From Acidobacteriota bacterium (GTDB taxonomy: Bacteria > Acidobacteriota > UBA6911), in assembly GCA_050011535.1 (NCBI GenBank), contig JBEKIX010000004.1, forward strand, positions 19,995 to 83,994: a stretch of DNA of 64,000 bases. The letters run 5' to 3'. Each line of letters starts with the position of its first letter. The first letter of the stretch is position 1. Of this stretch, positions 31,278 through 41,046 are shown one piece after another. A model generated the notes under the pieces. It was not told where the DNA came from, ran no database searches, and saw only the letters and a list, made by a program, of their open reading frames with translations. A program made the position numbers and the translations under genes.

Positions 31278-31706
31278 ATGATCGTCAAGAAAGACAGGAT
31301 CGAAATAAGGATCGGCAGCGCGCTGGAATACCTGGATCTGGTGCAGACTCTAACGGACTGCATCACAGAGTTCATGGGCTTTGATGAGGATTCGGGTCAT
31401 TGGGTCGGCATGTCGGTCCGTGAATCGGTAACCAACGCGATCCAGCATGGGAACAAGCTCGACCCGAACAAGAAAGTAGACATAGGTTTCGACGTGGCGC
31501 CCGACCACATCGAAATCTGGGTGCGGGATGAAGGCCAGGGCTTCCAGATCGACCGGTTGCCCAATCCTCTCGATCCGGAAAACCTGCTGAAACCCAGCGG
31601 GCGCGGAATCTTCTATATTCGGTCGTTTATGGATGAGGTAGAATTTATACCTCACGCGCGGGGTGGGATGGAAATACACATGGTGAAAAAGATTCCTTCT
31701 AATTGA
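31278..31706 (+). CDS. Anti-sigma factor / serine protein kinase of the RsbW/SpoIIAB family (GHKL ATPase)
   Basis: N-box ESVTNAIQHG, G1 box (DEGQGF) and G2 (GRGIFYI) of HATPase_c in a ~140-aa protein. Directly followed by a STAS antagonist. Confidence 0.7.
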   Translation: MIVKKDRIEIRIGSALEYLDLVQTLTDCITEFMGFDEDSGHWVGMSVRESVTNAIQHGNKLDPNKKVDIGFDVAPDHIEIWVRDEGQGFQIDRLPNPLDPENLLKPSGRGIFYIRSFMDEVEFIPHARGGMEIHMVKKIPSN

Positions 31707-31726
31707 GAAGTCAAGGAGACAGAGAT

Positions 31727-32062
31727 ATGAAGATTGAAACTCGAACCGTCGGGGATATCAAGATCTTGGATTGCAGCGGCAAGATTACCCTCGGCGAAGG
31801 AACGATGACTGTCCGAAACACGGTCCGCGAGGTTCTGAAAAACGGCGGCAAGAAAATCATCCTTAACCTAGCCGATGTCAATTACATCGACAGCTCCGGC
31901 ATTGGCGAACTCGTCAGCACGTACACCACGGTGACCAATCAGGGTGGAAAGTTGAAGCTGCTGAACCTGACCAAGAAGATCCAGGAACTCCTGGCGATCA
32001 CCAAACTGCTGACAGTGTTTCAGGTTTTCGACACCGAGCAGGCCGCGATGGGGAGCTTTTAG
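31727..32062 (+). CDS. Anti-sigma factor antagonist (STAS domain, SpoIIAA/RsbV family)
   Basis: 111 aa. The conserved phosphorylatable Ser context is DSSGIGEL. AAGGAG RBS 8 nt upstream. Confidence 0.8.
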   Translation: MKIETRTVGDIKILDCSGKITLGEGTMTVRNTVREVLKNGGKKIILNLADVNYIDSSGIGELVSTYTTVTNQGGKLKLLNLTKKIQELLAITKLLTVFQVFDTEQAAMGSF

Positions 32063-33462
32063 CGGAACAGGCCATTGAAGTTTACGATCTTCGAGAGGTC
32101 GTTGATCACTACGAACCCCATCAGAAGGATCAGGAAAACGAATCCCGCCTGAATGATCTTTTCCTTGATCCCCAGGCTCAAGTCCCGTCCGATCAATCCT
32201 TCGATCAGGAGCAGAGTAATTACGCCTCCGTCGAGAATCGGGATGGGCAGCAAGTTGAATATTCCGAGGTTCAGGCTCAAGAGTCCTATAAATCCGAAGA
32301 AAAGCCGGGCGCTGTGCGTGCGTGCAGCGCTCCCGGCCACACTTGCGATCTCTATCGGACCGGAAATGGTTCGTACGGAAGCACTGCCGGTGAATATTCT
32401 GCCGATCACCTGGAAGGTGAGCACGGCGATGTCGTAATTGCGGCGAATGGATTGGGCTATCGATCCGACAATTCCATACCTCTCGTGGTCGGATGGGATC
32501 TCTGGATAGAAGCCGATCAACACGCGTCCTTTGTCTTCCTGCGGTGTTTTGTCTTCCTGCGGTGTGATGGTAAGGAATCGGGTCGAAGCTCCTTGCCGCA
32601 ATTCCGCCACCATTACATCCCAGCTTGTTTCGGGGGTTGGCTGCACAGCCGGGCGCCGGATCTCGAACTGCAGGGGAACCCCTTTGCTTTCCGTAATGAT
32701 GTTGAGGATTTCGTCGTAGCTGCTTCCACTCTTGCCGCCTCCCTGAACTGACAGGATTTCGTCGCCGGCTCGCAGCCCCGCCTTTTGCGCGGGTGAATTG
32801 GGGTCTACTTCCTGAACGATCGTACGCGGCAGCAGGTATTTGAAGCCCAGGCTGTCGGGGTCGACGTTATCCTTCGCCGGCGGACTGAAATGCAGGTCTT
32901 CCTGGCGGCCATCACGGTCGACGGTGACATTCAGAGAGTTTCGAGGCGCCGTCCCCAGCGCAATCTCCATGTTTTGCCAGGTGTCGACAAGATTGCCGTC
33001 AACCGCCACAACGCGATCTTTCGACTTCAAACCGGCACGTTCTGCTATCGAACCGGGCGCAACGGGACCGATAACGGCCGGGCCGTTCAGGTAGCGGGGA
33101 ACCAGCACGCCCTGCATGTAGGAACTGGCGACGATTGCCACGGCAAGCAGGATGTTCATGAAGGGACCGGCCAGGGCGACGAGCAGCCGGTGCCACTTGG
33201 GGTGCGACAAAAACTCATCCGGGGCGCCCTGGCGATCCTCATCAAAGGTCTCCCCGGCCATCTTCACATAGCCGCCCAGCGGCAAGGGACTCAGGCGATA
33301 CTCTGTTCCTCCTCGAGTGAAGCCGGCGATTCGAGGGCCAAACCCCAGGGAGAATATGACGACCCTGATTTTCAAGAGCTTGGCCATGGCAAAATGGCCA
33401 AACTCATGAACAGTGATGGTTATTCCCAGCACTACGATGAAAGCCAAAATGGTCGTCAGCAT
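32059..33462 (-). CDS. rseP: RIP zinc metalloprotease RseP (site-2 protease, M50) with PDZ domains
   Basis: HEFGHF (HExxH) in TM1, two PDZ domains, an LDG motif in the C-terminal TM. It sits downstream of dxr in the conserved uppS-cdsA-dxr-rseP arrangement. Confidence 0.9.
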   Translation of the reverse strand: MLTTILAFIVVLGITITVHEFGHFAMAKLLKIRVVIFSLGFGPRIAGFTRGGTEYRLSPLPLGGYVKMAGETFDEDRQGAPDEFLSHPKWHRLLVALAGPFMNILLAVAIVASSYMQGVLVPRYLNGPAVIGPVAPGSIAERAGLKSKDRVVAVDGNLVDTWQNMEIALGTAPRNSLNVTVDRDGRQEDLHFSPPAKDNVDPDSLGFKYLLPRTIVQEVDPNSPAQKAGLRAGDEILSVQGGGKSGSSYDEILNIITESKGVPLQFEIRRPAVQPTPETSWDVMVAELRQGASTRFLTITPQEDKTPQEDKGRVLIGFYPEIPSDHERYGIVGSIAQSIRRNYDIAVLTFQVIGRIFTGSASVRTISGPIEIASVAGSAARTHSARLFFGFIGLLSLNLGIFNLLPIPILDGGVITLLLIEGLIGRDLSLGIKEKIIQAGFVFLILLMGFVVINDLSKIVNFNGLFR

Positions 33463-33518
33463 CCTTTTAGGTTCCTCTTGCCTTCAATAGGTAATGATGC
33501 TCCAAAGGGGAAAAACTC

Positions 33519-34703
33519 TCAATGTGCTCCGGACTGCGAATGTAGAGCAGCCGTTCTGGCCTGCTGGCGCGCCCAAGCGTCGGCTCTAAGGACGGCGTCG
33601 AGCGAGCCGGCATCCTCCGGCGAATGACAGTCCAGTACCGCGGAAATGATCCTGGGGATGGCATCGAATCCGATTTCATCGTTCAAAAACAGTTCGACGG
33701 CGACTTCGTTGGCCGCGTTCAGCACCGCGGGCGCCGTCCCTCCCGCGCCCAGGGCGCGGTACGCAAGGTCAAGACACTGGAACTTTTCCCGGTCGGGTTC
33801 GAAGAATTCCAGCTTCGACAGCCGGTGGATGTCAAGATAAGGAAGCGGGCACGGCCAGCGCTCGGGATAGGTCAGAGCGTACTGGATGGGAATCCGCATG
33901 TCGGTGAGCCCGAGTTGAGCCATAACCGAGCCGTCGACGAACTCCACCATGGAATGCACGACGCTCTGGGGGTGAACCGCAACATCAATCCGGTCAGGAG
34001 TGATTCCGAACAGCCAGGAGGCCTCGATGACTTCCAGCCCTTTATTCATGAGCGTCGCCGAGTCGATCGTTATCTTTTTACCCATGCGCCAGGTCGGGTG
34101 GTTCAGAGCTTCTTCACGAGTCACATCCGCAAATCTCTCCTTGGGTGTGTCGCGGAAAGGCCCGCCGGAAGCGGTCAGGATCAAGCGCCGGACCTCGCGC
34201 GGCTGCGCGCCGCGGAGGCACTGATGAATCGCGTTGTGTTCGCTGTCGACCGGTAGAATCGGGACCGCGCGTTCCCGCGCAATCCGCATCATCACTTGGC
34301 CGGCCATTACCAGCGTTTCCTTGTTGGCCAGGGCGATGGGCTTGCCGTTTTCGAGTGCCCGATAGGTCGGGATCAGGCCTGCGGCACCGGTGATGGCGGA
34401 CAAAACGATCGTGGTTTCGGCATGGCACGACACTTCAACCATGCCCTCCACCCCGTAAACCAATCTGGTTCGCTGCATCGGATAGCCTCGATGCCGCAAA
34501 ATCGATTCCAATTCGGACGCGGTGCTCTCGTCCTGGCTCGACGCGATCCGCGGGTGCAATGACTCCACCTGGTCGGCCAGAAGTGCCACATTCCTGCCTC
34601 CAGCCAACCCGACCACTTGCATTGCCTCCGGAAAGCCGGCAATTACCCGGAGGGCATTCGTTCCTATGGATCCTGTAGAACCGAGAATGGACACGCATTT
34701 CAT
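33519..34703 (-). CDS. dxr: 1-deoxy-D-xylulose 5-phosphate reductoisomerase
   Basis: MKCVSILGSTGSIGTNAL NADPH-binding N-terminus. Start set at the internal ATG (M10 of the ORF). Confidence 0.9.
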   Translation of the reverse strand: MKCVSILGSTGSIGTNALRVIAGFPEAMQVVGLAGGRNVALLADQVESLHPRIASSQDESTASELESILRHRGYPMQRTRLVYGVEGMVEVSCHAETTIVLSAITGAAGLIPTYRALENGKPIALANKETLVMAGQVMMRIARERAVPILPVDSEHNAIHQCLRGAQPREVRRLILTASGGPFRDTPKERFADVTREEALNHPTWRMGKKITIDSATLMNKGLEVIEASWLFGITPDRIDVAVHPQSVVHSMVEFVDGSVMAQLGLTDMRIPIQYALTYPERWPCPLPYLDIHRLSKLEFFEPDREKFQCLDLAYRALGAGGTAPAVLNAANEVAVELFLNDEIGFDAIPRIISAVLDCHSPEDAGSLDAVLRADAWARQQARTAALHSQSGAH

Positions 34704-34811
34704 GAAAAACCGCCTCTTCTGCGCACACAAAAGGGTTATTGTAGCGGATCTGTGCTTCGCGTACCACCGGACTTACGACAATGGTGCGAATCGAAAAACG
34801 TCGTGTCGCCG

Positions 34812-35624
34812 TCAGTGGCCGCCCGGATAAACCTGCTGCAGATACAGACAAAGGACGGGAAATGCAAAAAGCAGGCTGTCGATGCGGTCCAAGACGCCTC
34901 CGTGGCCGGGGATCAGATTTGAGCTTTCCTTCACCTCCGCGGCGCGCTTCAGCATCGATTCGGCTAGGTCGCCGAGCTGGCCAAACAAGCCGATGAGAAG
35001 CGAACTTGCCAGCACATGCGGCCAGGGGAGATCCGTGAAGAAACCGTACCGCAGCAATGCAGCTGCAGCCAGGCCCGCCAGCAGGCCCGCCACAGCGCCT
35101 TCATTGGTTTTCTTGGGGCTGAGCTGGGCGGCGAACGGAGTACGCCCAAAACTCCTTCCCGCCAGGAGAGCCGCCGTGTCCCCGGTCCAGATCACCACGA
35201 GCAGCGTGAGAGTCCATTCCAGACCCACGTGCTCGCCAAAGCTGAAGCGGACAGCATAGGCTGAAAGAAGCGAATATGTCAGATAAAAGATCCCCAGCAG
35301 ATTGGCCATCAATCCCAGCACGCGATCCTTGATGGGATCCTGCCGCCACATCGCCGCCAGGAACGCGGCGGCGACGACGCTCGCGATCATCGTGCTCACC
35401 TGGAGGCGCGGCGCCTGGAATCCGATAAGGAGAATCCAGAAGCCGGCAAAACAAAACCAGAGCTGTGCACGCAAGCCCATCTTTTGCGTTAAGTGCGTGT
35501 ACTCGTACAGGCACAACGATCCCACGATTCCGATGGCACCCAGGTAATAGGCGGGCGGCGCAAAGAAGACCACGGCAAGCGCGGCAGGGATGAGCACCGA
35601 GGCTGAGATTATGCGCACGAGCAT
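34812..35624 (-). CDS. cdsA: Phosphatidate cytidylyltransferase (CDP-diglyceride synthase)
   Basis: Multi-TM protein with the C-terminal CTP_transf_1 signature (...SxLKRxxxVKDSSxLIPGHGGxLDRIDS...). Confidence 0.85.
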   Translation of the reverse strand: MLVRIISASVLIPAALAVVFFAPPAYYLGAIGIVGSLCLYEYTHLTQKMGLRAQLWFCFAGFWILLIGFQAPRLQVSTMIASVVAAAFLAAMWRQDPIKDRVLGLMANLLGIFYLTYSLLSAYAVRFSFGEHVGLEWTLTLLVVIWTGDTAALLAGRSFGRTPFAAQLSPKKTNEGAVAGLLAGLAAAALLRYGFFTDLPWPHVLASSLLIGLFGQLGDLAESMLKRAAEVKESSNLIPGHGGVLDRIDSLLFAFPVLCLYLQQVYPGGH

Positions 35625-35637
35625 CTGTTTTTGACCC

Positions 35638-36414
35638 TCATGGTTTGGCCCTGTTCCTGATCCCGCCGTAACGTCTGTCCCGCTTCTGGTAGTCGAGGAC
35701 AGCCTCGAAGAAATGCCTGCGCCGGAAATCGGGCCAGTAAGTCGGCGTGACGTAAATCTCGGAGTAAGCGACCTGCCACAACAGGAAATTGCTGAGCCGC
35801 ATTTCCCCGCTGGTTCGGATGAGTAAATCGGGATCCGGAATACCGGCGGTATACAGGGACTTTGAGATCAATGCTTCCGTGATCGGGCCGCTGTGCCCAT
35901 TCTCCCGGCCCAGCAGCTTGTTGAAGGCATCCACGATTTCGGCGCGCCCGCCATAGTTGAGTGCAATATTGAGAAGCATGCCCGAATTTTCGCGCGTCAC
36001 CTCCATCGCGTGCATCACCTCGCGGCGCACCGAGGGGGCGAGTTCATCGACCCTGCCTATTGCGAGAAAGCGAATATTGGCATCGACCAGACGGTCCAGT
36101 TCACGCCGGACATATTCCTTGAGCAGGCTCATCAAAGTCCGTACCTCTGCCTGCGGACGCTTCCAATTCTCCACCGAGAAAGCGTAGAGCGTCAGAACCT
36201 CCAATCCCAGCCGCGCGGAAACTTCCACGATTTCCCGCACCGAATCGATGCCAGCGCGATGTCCGGCCACTCTGGGCAATCTTCTCTCTCTAGCCCAGCG
36301 GCCGTTTCCGTCCATGATCACGGCCACGTGTCTCGGAAGGCACAGCCGATCGATCCTCTTGAGGAGACTCTCCTCCAAACTTCCCGGGTCGGCGAGGTAG
36401 GTCTTTTCACTCAT
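35638..36414 (-). CDS. uppS: Di-trans,poly-cis-undecaprenyl-diphosphate synthase (isoprenyl transferase)
   Basis: HVAVIMDGNGRWA signature. The ORF track extends to 36756, but the UppS-length start is the ATG of MSEKTY (M115 of the ORF). Confidence 0.9.
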   Translation of the reverse strand: MSEKTYLADPGSLEESLLKRIDRLCLPRHVAVIMDGNGRWARERRLPRVAGHRAGIDSVREIVEVSARLGLEVLTLYAFSVENWKRPQAEVRTLMSLLKEYVRRELDRLVDANIRFLAIGRVDELAPSVRREVMHAMEVTRENSGMLLNIALNYGGRAEIVDAFNKLLGRENGHSGPITEALISKSLYTAGIPDPDLLIRTSGEMRLSNFLLWQVAYSEIYVTPTYWPDFRRRHFFEAVLDYQKRDRRYGGIRNRAKP

Positions 36415-36536
36415 AGAAAACGGAACCTCGTTGCGAGCTCCATGGTAACAGAAACTCTGATATCCGCGAAATAGACGAAGATCTTCTTGTGAGGCACGCC
36501 TCGTCCGGGCTGGCGGAGATCCGGCGCGAGCTCGGT

Positions 36537-37280
36537 TCAATACCTGACCCGAAGCAGAATAAGTCCACGCGCCGGCGCGGTAAAGCCGGCCAGCGTGCGG
36601 TCCCTCCGCTCGAACAGAGCCTGAAACTCGTCCCAAGTCATGAGACCGCTCCCCAGTTCGAGAAGCGTGCCAGCCATGTTTCGGACCATATGATGCAGAA
36701 ACCCGTTCCCCTCGACGGTCAACGTCAGCCGGTGCCCCGCACTCTTCAGCTGACAACTGAAGATATGGCGCACCGTGCTCTCCCGTTTCCCTCCTTTTGC
36801 AGCGAAACTGGCAAAATCGTGTGCGCCCTCGAACAGCTGCGCGGCCCGCATCATGATGCCGACATCGATGGCATAAGGGTAATGAAAATGTTCGCGCGCA
36901 AGATGAGGTGGAATCACCGATCCGCGATAGATCTGGTATCGATATACCTTTGACCCGGCACTGAGCCTGGCATGAAAGTCCGGCGGAACGTCGCGCGCCG
37001 AGAGTACCCGGATGTCGGGCGGCAGATTGCTGTTCAAGGCGCGTACGAGATTTCGAGCCGGGATGGTGCAGCAGGTCTCGAAACTGGCGACAAAAGCGCG
37101 CGCATGCGTTCCCGCATCTGTTCTTCCGCTCCCGAACGGGTTTGTTTGTTCTCCCGTGATGAGCCGGATTGCCTTGCGCAGCTCGCCCTGGACAGTTCGA
37201 TGCCTGCGCTGAATCTGCCAGCCGTGATAAGCGGTTCCATCAAAACCCAGCACAAGTTTGATGTTGCGCCGAGGTTTCAT
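36537..37280 (-). CDS. truA: tRNA pseudouridine(38-40) synthase
   Basis: IKLVLGFDGTAYHGWQIQ N-terminal motif with the catalytic Asp context (GSGRTDAGTHA). Start set at M33 of the ORF. Confidence 0.85.
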   Translation of the reverse strand: MKPRRNIKLVLGFDGTAYHGWQIQRRHRTVQGELRKAIRLITGEQTNPFGSGRTDAGTHARAFVASFETCCTIPARNLVRALNSNLPPDIRVLSARDVPPDFHARLSAGSKVYRYQIYRGSVIPPHLAREHFHYPYAIDVGIMMRAAQLFEGAHDFASFAAKGGKRESTVRHIFSCQLKSAGHRLTLTVEGNGFLHHMVRNMAGTLLELGSGLMTWDEFQALFERRDRTLAGFTAPARGLILLRVRY

Positions 37281-37522
37281 AGGCTTCCCGGCTCCAAGGT
37301 CTTTTCGCCCGTCTGGCACATGGGGCATGATTCGAAATCGAGGACAGTCGCCAATCTCGCAAGCCCTTTCTCCCACCTGGACGTGGACTTGGACCTGGAC
37401 CTAAACCAGGACCATGCTGCCCTAGCAGAACTTTCGCATGCCGCCGTCTGTTTCCTGCCGATTGCAGCTGCCATTGCCTTTGCCGCCACGCTTGAGGCCG
37501 AGAGATACAAAGTAGCAGCATC

Positions 37523-37533
37523 TATGCTAAAAT
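37523..37533 (+). promoter_or_regulatory. Extended -10-like element TATGCTAAAAT, with AAGGAG RBS 8 nt before the yebC ATG (coordinates approximate)
   Basis: Read directly in the divergent truA/yebC intergenic region. Confidence 0.3.
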
Positions 37534-37565
37534 GACAGAATCCTCTGTGAAAAAGGAGCGTTCCT

Positions 37566-38312
37566 ATGTCGGGTCATTCAAAGTGGCATTCTATTAAGCA
37601 TAAAAAGGCAGCAACCGACTCCAAGCGCGGGCGCATATTCACCCGCCTTATCAAGGAAATGACGATGGCCGCGCGCAATGGCGGCGGCGACATCGACGCG
37701 AATCCCAGGCTGCGTCTCGTGGTGAACACGGCCAAGGCAGCCAACATGCCTGCCGAGAACATCAAGCGCGCCATCATGCGCGGCACGGGGGAGCTTCCCG
37801 GCATTACGTACGAAGAGGTGAACTACGAGGGGTATGGGCCTGGGGGAGCCGCCATCTTTATGCGCGTCCTGACCGACAACCGGAACCGCACGGTCGCCGA
37901 GATAAGGCATATTCTTGCCAAGAACGGAGGGAACCTCGGCGAATCCGGTTGCGTCGCCTGGATGTTCGACAGGAAAGGGTACTTTGTGGTCGAGAAGGCC
38001 GCGGCTTCCGAAGAGAAACTCATGGATATCGTTCTGAGCAACGGCGGCGACGACATGCGCGAGGATGGCGACAATTTCGAAATCTTTTCCAGTCCCGAGA
38101 GCTTCGAACATTTGAAAACTGCGCTGGAAGCGGACAAAATCCCGATGGCCGCGTCGGAAGTCTCCATGCTGCCCCAGAATTATGTCAAACTCGAGGGTAG
38201 GGAAGCGCAAACCATGCTGAAACTCATGGAGGCCCTCGAAGATCAAGAGGATGTCCAGAACGTGTGGTCAAACTTCGATGTCGATGAGGCTGCTCTCCAG
38301 GAAGCTTCGTGA
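37566..38312 (+). CDS. yebC: YebC/PmpR family DNA-binding transcriptional regulator
   Basis: MSGHSKWHSIKHKKAATDSKRGRIFTRLIKE is the invariant YebC N-terminus. Confidence 0.9.
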   Translation: MSGHSKWHSIKHKKAATDSKRGRIFTRLIKEMTMAARNGGGDIDANPRLRLVVNTAKAANMPAENIKRAIMRGTGELPGITYEEVNYEGYGPGGAAIFMRVLTDNRNRTVAEIRHILAKNGGNLGESGCVAWMFDRKGYFVVEKAAASEEKLMDIVLSNGGDDMREDGDNFEIFSSPESFEHLKTALEADKIPMAASEVSMLPQNYVKLEGREAQTMLKLMEALEDQEDVQNVWSNFDVDEAALQEAS

Positions 38313-38324
38313 GCTTGCTTTCCG

Positions 38325-38840
38325 ATGAGAATCTTGGGAATCGATCCCGGCAGCGAAATCACCGGATACGGTCTCATCGAGTCGGACGGATCCAGACACT
38401 CCTCCATTCTCTTTGGCGCAATCCGGACTTCGAAACGCCGCCCCTTTCATGAACGCCTGCTCGAGATCCACGAACAGCTGAGGGAAGTTCTGGCACGAGA
38501 GGCGATCGACGCCGTTGCGGTCGAGGGGGTGTTTTATGCGGCCAACGTGCAGTCCGCCCTCAAGCTGGGCCATGCCCGCGGTGTAGTGCTTCTGGTCGCC
38601 GCTCAGCAGGGGCTCCCCGTGTACGAGTACTCTCCCCTCGAGATTAAAAGCGCGCTCGTCGGCTACGGGCGCGCGGAGAAAAGCCAGGTACAGATGATGG
38701 TCCGGCTTCTGTTGGACCTGCCAGAGGTACCTACCCCGAATGACGCCGCGGACGCTTTGGCGGTCGCCATTTGCCACAGCCACCGCGCTGCCCGAGAGGC
38801 ATTGTTCCCACAGCAAAAAAAGCCGCGCAAAAGAAGATAA
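38325..38840 (+). CDS. ruvC: Crossover junction endodeoxyribonuclease RuvC
   Basis: MRILGIDPGSEITGYG catalytic Asp motif, with downstream E and D/H residues. Follows yebC as in many bacteria. Confidence 0.9.
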   Translation: MRILGIDPGSEITGYGLIESDGSRHSSILFGAIRTSKRRPFHERLLEIHEQLREVLAREAIDAVAVEGVFYAANVQSALKLGHARGVVLLVAAQQGLPVYEYSPLEIKSALVGYGRAEKSQVQMMVRLLLDLPEVPTPNDAADALAVAICHSHRAAREALFPQQKKPRKRR

Positions 38841-39100
38841 GATCGCGCCGCCCGCATCAGGCTTCAGACAATGGCGTACCCGTTTAGCCCTGTGGTCATC
38901 GAGATGTCCTTTAAGAGCCAAAAGCAGCCACGGATTCCACGGATTTATGAAGGCGCTACCAAAAGGCGATGTCTCTTGCCGCCTCCAGAATGCAGGCCAA
39001 GACGGCGACATCATTTGGTGCGCCTCGATACGCGCATATCACATGCATATGAATTCGTGAAATCAGTGGAATCCGTGGCTGCTTTGATGGGGCTAAACAG

Positions 39101-39922
39101 TCACAGAATGGCGATGCCGGCATAACCGACTACCCTCGTGTACTCGCCGCTAATGTCCCCGGAGTTTGCGTAACGGATCAGCTGCCCGTTCGTGGCGCCC
39201 AGGTCGCGGCACGCGATCAGAAGAGCTACCGCGGGAGCGAAGCCACACATGGAGACATCCTTTTCTAAGATTGTCTCATAAAGACTGCGTGGATCCACTT
39301 TCAGGATGTTGTCAATCGCATATCCATCCTTGCGGGAGGCAACGTCGGCCGGCTCATAGTGGCTCATATCGGAGCTTACGATCAGAAGCACCGGCTCCGC
39401 TATCGACTGGACGACACGCGCCAGAGCATGTCCCAAAGCCTCGAGCGCAACATAGTCGGCAGTGCCTACGCAAATGGCCGCAAAACTGGGCGAATCCGCC
39501 AACACCTGAAGAAAAGGAAGCTGAACTTCAATCGAGTGCTCGCGCACGTGCGCCGCTTTGTCCGTGACGAGCAGACTGCACTCCAGCGCGAGGAGCCGAT
39601 TCAACTCATCATCGATGGCGACCAGTCCGAGAGGAGTGCGCCATTGGCCCTCGGGGTAGAGAGAGAGGGCCACGCCCTTGCCCGTGTGGTTGGGTCCCAG
39701 AATGATGAAGCGCTTCGGCAGCTTTACCGCGGCGTAGACGGCGCCGGCCACCGGACCCGAATACACGTAACCCGCGTGGGGCGCCACGACACCCATCGCA
39801 TGGAGGGAGGGCTCAACCGAGCCAACGAAGGAAAGAACGCTCTTGCGCAGCCCTTCCGGGTGCGCCGAATAAAACTGACCTGCGACCGCCGCCTCTCTGA
39901 TCATGACCAACCTCCACGCCAA
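39101..39922 (-). CDS. Memo-like protein (AmmeMemoRadiSam system protein B)
   Basis: MIREAAVAGQFYSAHPEGL N-terminus. The His/Asp metal-site motifs of the Memo1 / extradiol-dioxygenase-like fold are present (APHAGYVYSG, HTG..., SSDMSHY). Confidence 0.8.
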   Translation of the reverse strand: MAWRLVMIREAAVAGQFYSAHPEGLRKSVLSFVGSVEPSLHAMGVVAPHAGYVYSGPVAGAVYAAVKLPKRFIILGPNHTGKGVALSLYPEGQWRTPLGLVAIDDELNRLLALECSLLVTDKAAHVREHSIEVQLPFLQVLADSPSFAAICVGTADYVALEALGHALARVVQSIAEPVLLIVSSDMSHYEPADVASRKDGYAIDNILKVDPRSLYETILEKDVSMCGFAPAVALLIACRDLGATNGQLIRYANSGDISGEYTRVVGYAGIAIL

Positions 39923-40064
39923 TTACGTGATCATCGATAAGATTGTTGTCTCGTCGGCTCGTTCCCTCGCGTACGATTTGAGCGCATTGCCTGTGGGCAG
40001 AGATTAATGTTGTGGCCTTTTAGAAGGGAGACACCACAGCGCACTCTCATAGACATTGTTGCCT

Positions 40065-40274
40065 TTAGCGGCGGCGCGCAGCACCCTCCGCTGCGGCGGT
40101 TTGTTGGGCAGCCTTCTCTGCGAGCCGCTGGAGAAACGGATCAGTGTAGTGGTGCGATCGAACCCACTGGACCAACTCGTCGTATGTCAAGGTCGCGATC
40201 TCACCACTGAGCCTGTCACGAATCTGACGCATGCTCTGCACGCAATCAAAAGTCTTCGACATGGGGTTATGCAT
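40065..40274 (-). CDS. Small conserved ORF (69 aa), copy 1; possible RHH-like antitoxin partner of the PIN protein
   Basis: 92% identical at protein level to the copy at 41457-41666. Its ATG overlaps the stop of the upstream PIN reading frame by 8 nt. Confidence 0.4.
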   Translation of the reverse strand: MHNPMSKTFDCVQSMRQIRDRLSGEIATLTYDELVQWVRSHHYTDPFLQRLAEKAAQQTAAAEGAARRR

Positions 40275-40404
40275 CGATTGGCACCTCCCGAGGAGTGCGA
40301 ATCTCCAAAAGAGGGTGTCCTCTTTTACGGCGAGACGATTCGCGAAATTCCTCGTCTTCGCAGCCCCCCAAGGCCGAGGTGTCCGTGTAGATTCGCGGTT
40401 TCAT
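40267..40404 (-). pseudogene. PIN-domain gene remnant with an in-frame internal deletion (45 codons remain: MKPRIYTDTSALGGCEDEEFRESSRR|KRGHPLLEIRTPREVPIDA)
   Basis: The N-terminal 26 and C-terminal 19 residues match the intact 152-aa PIN gene at 41659-42117. About 107 central codons, including the catalytic core, are missing. Confidence 0.7.
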
Positions 40405-40585
40405 GACACCATTCTACCAGAATTCAAGGTGACCCTGCCGATGCGATCTTCCAGCCCCTTCGCCTGCCCAACGTCGCGAATGAGCCGCGCGCTTCGGCGA
40501 CATGATTACACGGGACAACCGGCGCGCCGGTTCCGAGAGCCTGCCCCGCGTTCATGGCAGCGCTGTTCACCGATTTGTCGACTCC

Positions 40586-40876
40586 TCATCGCCGGGCTGT
40601 GGTGAGAAGAAGCCAGCCGAGGATTGATAGGAACGAGAGCCCGATCACGAGGAAAAGCACCGTCATTGTAATGTTCAAATGCTTGCTCCACGTCGGGCAT
40701 GAACCAGGCAGTCGAGTACTCCAGGGCTTGCTGCCCCCTCCGATGATGTTGTGCCTGAATCCGTAGACCTTCAGAAGTCCGACTGTCGTGAAGAGGCCCC
40801 CAAGCAGGAGGAGGGGAAACCAATCGGCAAAAGCAATCATGACCACACCCGTCTTGAAGATTGATCGGCGCCACAA
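40586..40876 (-). CDS. Small hydrophobic membrane protein (2-3 TM), hypothetical
   Basis: Protein-like hydrophobic helices (MIAFADWFPLLLLGGLFTTVGLL... and TMTVLFLVIGLSFLSILGWLLL). It competes with a less protein-like overlapping ORF. Confidence 0.3.
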   Translation of the reverse strand: MWRRSIFKTGVVMIAFADWFPLLLLGGLFTTVGLLKVYGFRHNIIGGGSKPWSTRLPGSCPTWSKHLNITMTVLFLVIGLSFLSILGWLLLTTARR

Positions 40877-41046
40877 CGAACTGACCGCTTCGTTGTTCCG
40901 GCATCGCGTTCCCAGTCATGTACTTAATGTCCGCCGAACCTGAAATATACAGGTCTCGGGAAAATGGATATGCCGTCGGACTTGGCGATACATGCCTGCA
41001 GCCGGCAATCCTTCTTTTGTTTTTGATAACATATTCCCAAATGGCG

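Larger units (their letters stand above)
40062..40417. repeat. Repeat copy 1 of the PIN/small-ORF unit (about 93% identity to 41456-42117, with an internal ~320-bp deletion)
   Basis: Direct alignment by eye of 40062-40340 with 41456-41735, and of 40341-40417 with 42041-42117. Confidence 0.85.

Noticed and set aside
36972-37535. 187-aa ORF spanning the truA/yebC divergent intergenic region
   Set aside because: It overlaps the truA 5' end and the hexamer repeat array, has no RBS or domain signal, and reads through promoter elements.
40506-40919. 137-aa minus-strand ORF between the two PIN/small-ORF copies
   Set aside because: Arg/His/Gly-rich with no protein-like pattern. The overlapping 96-aa hydrophobic ORF in another frame is the more plausible gene, though itself low confidence.
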